NCBI GenBank assembly: GCA_049512315.1
Contig: JBEKXF010000022.1
Coordinates: 1-64,000 of the forward strand
Direction: 5' to 3'
Length of the DNA: 64,000 nt
Source of the DNA: Candidatus Aminicenantales bacterium
Lineage (GTDB): Bacteria; Acidobacteriota; Aminicenantia; Aminicenantales; Saccharicenantaceae
Part shown: in pieces, positions 60,217 to 64,000 of the stretch
How positions within the stretch are numbered: position 1 is the stretch's first letter
Layout: every line of letters starts with the position of its first letter
Program-made: the position numbers and the translations under genes
The notes under the pieces: model-generated
Told to the model about the DNA's origin: nothing
Seen by the model: the letters and a program-made list of their open reading frames with translations, nothing else
Databases searched by the model: none

Positions 60217-61404
60217 ATGTCGGGTTTGAAAAGAAGGCAGTTCATCACCTCGATCGCGTCCGGCGCCGTCGGCCTGGGCGTTGCCGGGAAGCTCAAGGCG
60301 GGGATGCCGGGCACCGTTCCCGGCCAAAAAGAGGCAGCGTCCCCCCGGATCAAGAAATATAACGACCTCGGCAAGACGGGACTCAAGGTGCCGGACGTCA
60401 GCTGCGGAGCCATCTCCCTTTTCGAGCCCAACGTCCTTCGCTACGCCTACGAATGCGGCGTGACCTATTTCGACACGGCTGAAAGCTACCTCAGGATGAA
60501 GGGCGAGGCCTATGTCGGCCAGGGGCTCAAGGGTGTGCGCGACAAGGTCGTCATCACGACCAAGCACGGCCTGAACCCCAGCCAGAGGATCGAAAAGGCG
60601 TCCATCATCAAGAGGATGGAGGAGAGCCTCAAGCGCCTTCAATCCGATTACGTCGACGTGGCCATGGTCCACAATATCGGGGATCTGACGCCCCTCCTCA
60701 ACAACCAGGAGGTCCTCGCCGCCTATGATCAGCTCAAAAAAGACGGCAAGGTCAGGTTCACCGGTTTTTCGAGCCACAACGCCAAACTCACCCTGAAACA
60801 GGCCCTGGAGACGGATTTTCCCCAGGTCGTCCTGGTCATCTACAACCACATGGAGGGCAAGGAGATCGAGCCCCTGGTCAAGGCCGTCCGGGCCAAGGGC
60901 ATCGGCACCGTGGCCATGAAGGTCTTCGCCGGCAGCCAGCAGGGGAACCTGAAGGGCCTGGTCGGCCCGGAGACGAGCTACCCTCAGGCCGCTATCCGCT
61001 GGGTCATGAGCAACCCCGATTTCGACACCTGCATCCCGACCATGAGCAGCTATTCCCACGTCGAGGAATATGTCGCCGCTTCCGGCCGGCCCCTCGACCG
61101 GGCGGCACTGGATCTGATCGCCCGATACCGGGAACAGGTCCACGACACATATTGCCGCGTGAGCTGCTCCGAGTGCCTGTCCGCCTGCCCGAACAATGTC
61201 GCCGTGAACGACGTCCTCCGCTACGCGATGTACTACGAGAACTACGGGATGGAAAGGCAGGCCATGGATTATTACGCAGAGCTCGCGCCCCAGAGCAAGC
61301 CGCTCGGCTGCGAGAGCTGCGCAGGACCTTGCGAAAGCGCCTGCCCTTACGGTTTGAAGGTCAGGAGCCGGCTCCTCCGCTCGCACGAGATCCTGACCGC
61401 CTGA
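60217..61404 (+). CDS. Tat-signal aldo/keto reductase with C-terminal Fe-S cluster motif
   Basis: KRRQFI, LGKTGL, YFDTAESY, SLKRLQSDYVD, CRVSCSECLSACP...CESCAGPCESACP. Confidence 0.88.
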   Translation: MSGLKRRQFITSIASGAVGLGVAGKLKAGMPGTVPGQKEAASPRIKKYNDLGKTGLKVPDVSCGAISLFEPNVLRYAYECGVTYFDTAESYLRMKGEAYVGQGLKGVRDKVVITTKHGLNPSQRIEKASIIKRMEESLKRLQSDYVDVAMVHNIGDLTPLLNNQEVLAAYDQLKKDGKVRFTGFSSHNAKLTLKQALETDFPQVVLVIYNHMEGKEIEPLVKAVRAKGIGTVAMKVFAGSQQGNLKGLVGPETSYPQAAIRWVMSNPDFDTCIPTMSSYSHVEEYVAASGRPLDRAALDLIARYREQVHDTYCRVSCSECLSACPNNVAVNDVLRYAMYYENYGMERQAMDYYAELAPQSKPLGCESCAGPCESACPYGLKVRSRLLRSHEILTA

Positions 61405-61410
61405 GGCCGT

Positions 61411-62277
61411 TTATTTCTTCAGCGAAACGTCTTCCTTGAGGCCGAGCTTCTTGTAGAGTTCGCGGCGTCCGCCCTGGTCCTCCTCCAAGGTCTTCCTGGC
61501 ATATATGGCCACGGCCTCGGCCTGGGCCCGGGGCACGACCACGACCCCGTCGCCGTCGGCCACGATGATGTCGCCCGGGACGACGAGCACGCCGCCGCAG
61601 ACGATCGGCCGGTTGACGGACTCGATCTCGTTCCGGCCGGGCCGGATGCCGCGCCCCGGCTTCTTCAAGTAGAGGGGCACCCGTTCCATCGTGATCTCGT
61701 CCGAGTCCCGGGCCGTGGCGCTCGTGACGACGCCGACGCAGCCCCGTATCTTCCAGTCCAGGATGTTGTAGGACCCGATCGAACCGACGTCGGCTGAAGC
61801 GGCGTCCTCGATGACGAGGGCCGTGCCCTTGCGGATGAGCGCGGCGTAGGGTTCGCTCGAGCGCTTGTCGTACCAGTCTCCGGCCCAGTCGTCGTAGGCC
61901 GCGGTCGTCATCTTCCCGGCCGCCGGGTTCTGGGTGGGGACATAGCGGGCCGTCACGGCCACGCCCACAAAGCGATGGGCGAGCGTCTGGACGTCGCGCC
62001 AGAGGGGGTGGATCTCCGGGTCCATCGTGCCGATATTCTGGAGGCCCACGGCGTCCATCCCGTCCACGACGTCGGAGACCCGCAATCCCTTGAACAGGGC
62101 CAGGATCTTCCCGTCCTCGGCTTCGGTATAGACCGGAGTCGCGATCAGGTTCCTGCCGGCCTGGAGCGAAACGGCCGCCTCTTTTTCCTTGGCGACCTGG
62201 CCGGTTCCTGGCAAGCCCATGAGCAAAACGAGAACGACCGATAAGGTCATGATCTGACGGATTCTCGCCGATGTCAT
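61411..62277 (-). CDS. RraA / HMG-aldolase family protein with N-terminal signal peptide
   Basis: VSDVVDGMD, G.AVT, GCVGVVT...RD, CGGV.V.PGDIIVADGDGVVVVP. Confidence 0.82.
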   Translation of the reverse strand: MTSARIRQIMTLSVVLVLLMGLPGTGQVAKEKEAAVSLQAGRNLIATPVYTEAEDGKILALFKGLRVSDVVDGMDAVGLQNIGTMDPEIHPLWRDVQTLAHRFVGVAVTARYVPTQNPAAGKMTTAAYDDWAGDWYDKRSSEPYAALIRKGTALVIEDAASADVGSIGSYNILDWKIRGCVGVVTSATARDSDEITMERVPLYLKKPGRGIRPGRNEIESVNRPIVCGGVLVVPGDIIVADGDGVVVVPRAQAEAVAIYARKTLEEDQGGRRELYKKLGLKEDVSLKK

Positions 62278-62324
62278 TGCGTCCTCCTTATTTGTCTCAG
62301 GCGATGGCCACGGGGCTCTTCCGC

Positions 62325-62353
62325 CTTATATAATGGCCCAGGAGGGGTGTCAA
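62325..62353 (-). promoter_or_regulatory. Possible sigma70-type promoter of the RraA-like gene
   Basis: Minus strand TTGACA-17 nt-TATAAG. Confidence 0.55.
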
Positions 62354-62516
62354 GCCGAATCGGTCCGCGCCATCGGCTTCTCCACAAAGAGGCCCCGGAG
62401 TCCCGTAAGTAAATAGATGAACTTCCGACCCCTTTTCCCGTATAATAAAGCAAAAGACAGCGGGCTTTTATTTGTCATGAGCCGATAGACCAAATTTCGA
62501 CGATTCGAGGGAGGCC

Positions 62517-63923
62517 ATGCTTAGAGACATCATCAAAAAAGAGATCCTGGACAACATCACCAGTCCGAAATTCGTTTTCACCTTCCTCCTCTGCGCCGTC
62601 CTCATCCTGCTCTCGGTCTACACCGGAGTCGCGAACTACGGCTCGGAGAAGAAGGAGTTCACGGCGGCGGTGGCCCTGAACAAGAAGAACATGGAGAACC
62701 AGCCGAACTACTCATCGCTGGCCGGGATCGGCATCAAGGTCAACAAGCCGCCCCAGGTCCTGGGGACCGTGGTCAACGGCATCGAAGAAGCGGTCGGCCG
62801 GGTCGCGCCGGTCAACATCGCCTCCGACCCCAACCTGGTCGACTCCAAGTACGGCAGCAACCCCGTCTTCGCCGTCTTCGGCGCCCTGGATCTGATGTTC
62901 ATCGTCAAGATTGTCCTCAGCCTCTTCGCCATCCTCTTCACCTACGACACGATCGTCGGCGAGAAGGAGAAAGGGACGCTGAAGCTGGCCCTTTCGAACG
63001 ACGTCCCCCGGGACCGTCTGATCCTGGGCAAGGCCATCGGCGGCTACATCAGCCTGCTCATCCCCCTGCTCATCCCCTTGGTCCTGAGCCTCATCATCCT
63101 GATCATCGCCCCCAACCTCGCCCTGAACGGCGGGGACTGGGCCCGGCTCTTTCTCATCTTTCTGATGTTCTTCCTCTACCTCTCGGTCTTCTTCAGCCTG
63201 GGCCTGTTCGTCTCGGCCAGGACGTCGCGCTCCTCGACGAGCTTCCTCGTCCTGCTTTTCCTCTGGGTGGTCTTCGTCATGGTCATCCCCAAGGTCGCGG
63301 TCATCACGGCCAGCCAGATCAAGCCCATCCCGTCAGTCCACGAGATCACGGCTAAAAAGGACGCTTTCCTTCAGCAGGTCCAAGTGGAAGGCCAGAAGGG
63401 CGTCCAGGACTGGGCCCGGAAGAACGCGGCCGACGCGGCCAAGGACGTCAAGGCCTACCAGGAGAAATTCCGCCAGTTCATCCAGGACTACCAGCAGCAG
63501 CTGACGTCCAAGATCGACGAGAACAACGCCGCCCTCGAACGGGATTACCAGCTGAAAAAGAAAGTCCAGCAGAACCTAGCGGTGAACCTATCCCGGATCT
63601 CGCCTGCCTCGGCCTTGACCTTCGGCTCCATGACCTTGGCCCGGACGGGCGTCGACGAATACGACCGCTTCCTAGCCTCGGTCCGGGCCTACAAGCCGAT
63701 CTACACGAAGTGGCTGAACTCGAAGCTCGGCCAGAGCATCAATTTTCAGACGGGGGAGCAGACCAAGATCAAGCTCGACGACATGCCCCTGCATTCGATC
63801 GCCCCGGAAAGCCTGGGCAAATCGCTTGTCCGGACCCTACCGGATTATGTCCTGATGGTCGTCATGATCATCATCTTCTTCGTCGGCGCCTATGTCTCCT
63901 TCCTCCGCTACGATGTCCGTTAA
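62517..63923 (+). CDS. ABC-2 type transporter permease
   Basis: IIKKEILD, YDTIVGEKEKGTLKLALSN.V.R..LILGK, multiple TM helices, FLRYDVR end. Confidence 0.9.
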   Translation: MLRDIIKKEILDNITSPKFVFTFLLCAVLILLSVYTGVANYGSEKKEFTAAVALNKKNMENQPNYSSLAGIGIKVNKPPQVLGTVVNGIEEAVGRVAPVNIASDPNLVDSKYGSNPVFAVFGALDLMFIVKIVLSLFAILFTYDTIVGEKEKGTLKLALSNDVPRDRLILGKAIGGYISLLIPLLIPLVLSLIILIIAPNLALNGGDWARLFLIFLMFFLYLSVFFSLGLFVSARTSRSSTSFLVLLFLWVVFVMVIPKVAVITASQIKPIPSVHEITAKKDAFLQQVQVEGQKGVQDWARKNAADAAKDVKAYQEKFRQFIQDYQQQLTSKIDENNAALERDYQLKKKVQQNLAVNLSRISPASALTFGSMTLARTGVDEYDRFLASVRAYKPIYTKWLNSKLGQSINFQTGEQTKIKLDDMPLHSIAPESLGKSLVRTLPDYVLMVVMIIIFFVGAYVSFLRYDVR

Positions 63924-63934
63924 GGAGTGTCCCA

Positions 63935-64000
63935 ATGCTCGAAGCCATCAACCTGACCAAGAGATATGAAGATGGGCAGCTCGCCCTGGACGATCTGACT
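63935..64000 (+). CDS. ABC transporter ATP-binding protein, N-terminus (cut by window edge)
   Basis: MLEAINLTKRYEDGQLALDDL after SD AAGGAG, following the permease. Confidence 0.75.
   Translation, partial: MLEAINLTKRYEDGQLALDDLT

Noticed and set aside
62418..62446. ECF-sigma promoter (GAACTT...CGTATAAT) upstream of the ABC permease
   Set aside because: The spacing is shorter than typical ECF consensus and the TATAAT lacks a clear -35; too ambiguous to call.

Overview
GC-rich bacterial chromosome segment, probably Acidobacteriota (an Aminicenantia/OP8-like lineage); this is inferred from the Cys-rich N-terminal insert and the extra beta-beta' module in RpoB. Bases 1-32950 are one uninterrupted + strand translation/transcription cluster: tRNA-Tyr(partial)-Gly-Thr, tuf, rpmG, tRNA-Trp, secE, nusG, rplKAJL, rpoBC, rpsLG, fusA, a second tuf, then the S10, spc and alpha blocks, ending in a terminator after rplQ. 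Bases 33000-64000 hold housekeeping and envelope/catabolic genes: peptidoglycan-peptide recycling, mltD, galE, cca, a C1 peptidase, a LEA2 protein, a sigma54-driven outer-membrane barrel, tsaC, metG, folE, larC, mtnP, a PfkB kinase, tryptophanase, a serine hydrolase, a DUF2961/glutaminase-like/GH109 cluster, an aldo-keto reductase, an RraA-like protein and an ABC transporter. I saw no CRISPR array, integrase, transposase or prophage. The main oddities are: (1) an AT-rich, apparently recently acquired in-frame ~42-aa module in RpoC that copies a module found elsewhere in RpoC and RpoB; (2) two EF-Tu paralogs only ~70% identical, with entirely different switch-I loops; (3) a str-operon EF-G with altered domain IV loops; (4) a ~180-nt multi-stem structured element after tnaA plus two REP-like palindromes; (5) a perfect palindrome inside the rpsL promoter, and a promoter hidden inside larC; (6) a frameshifted DUF2961 gene.
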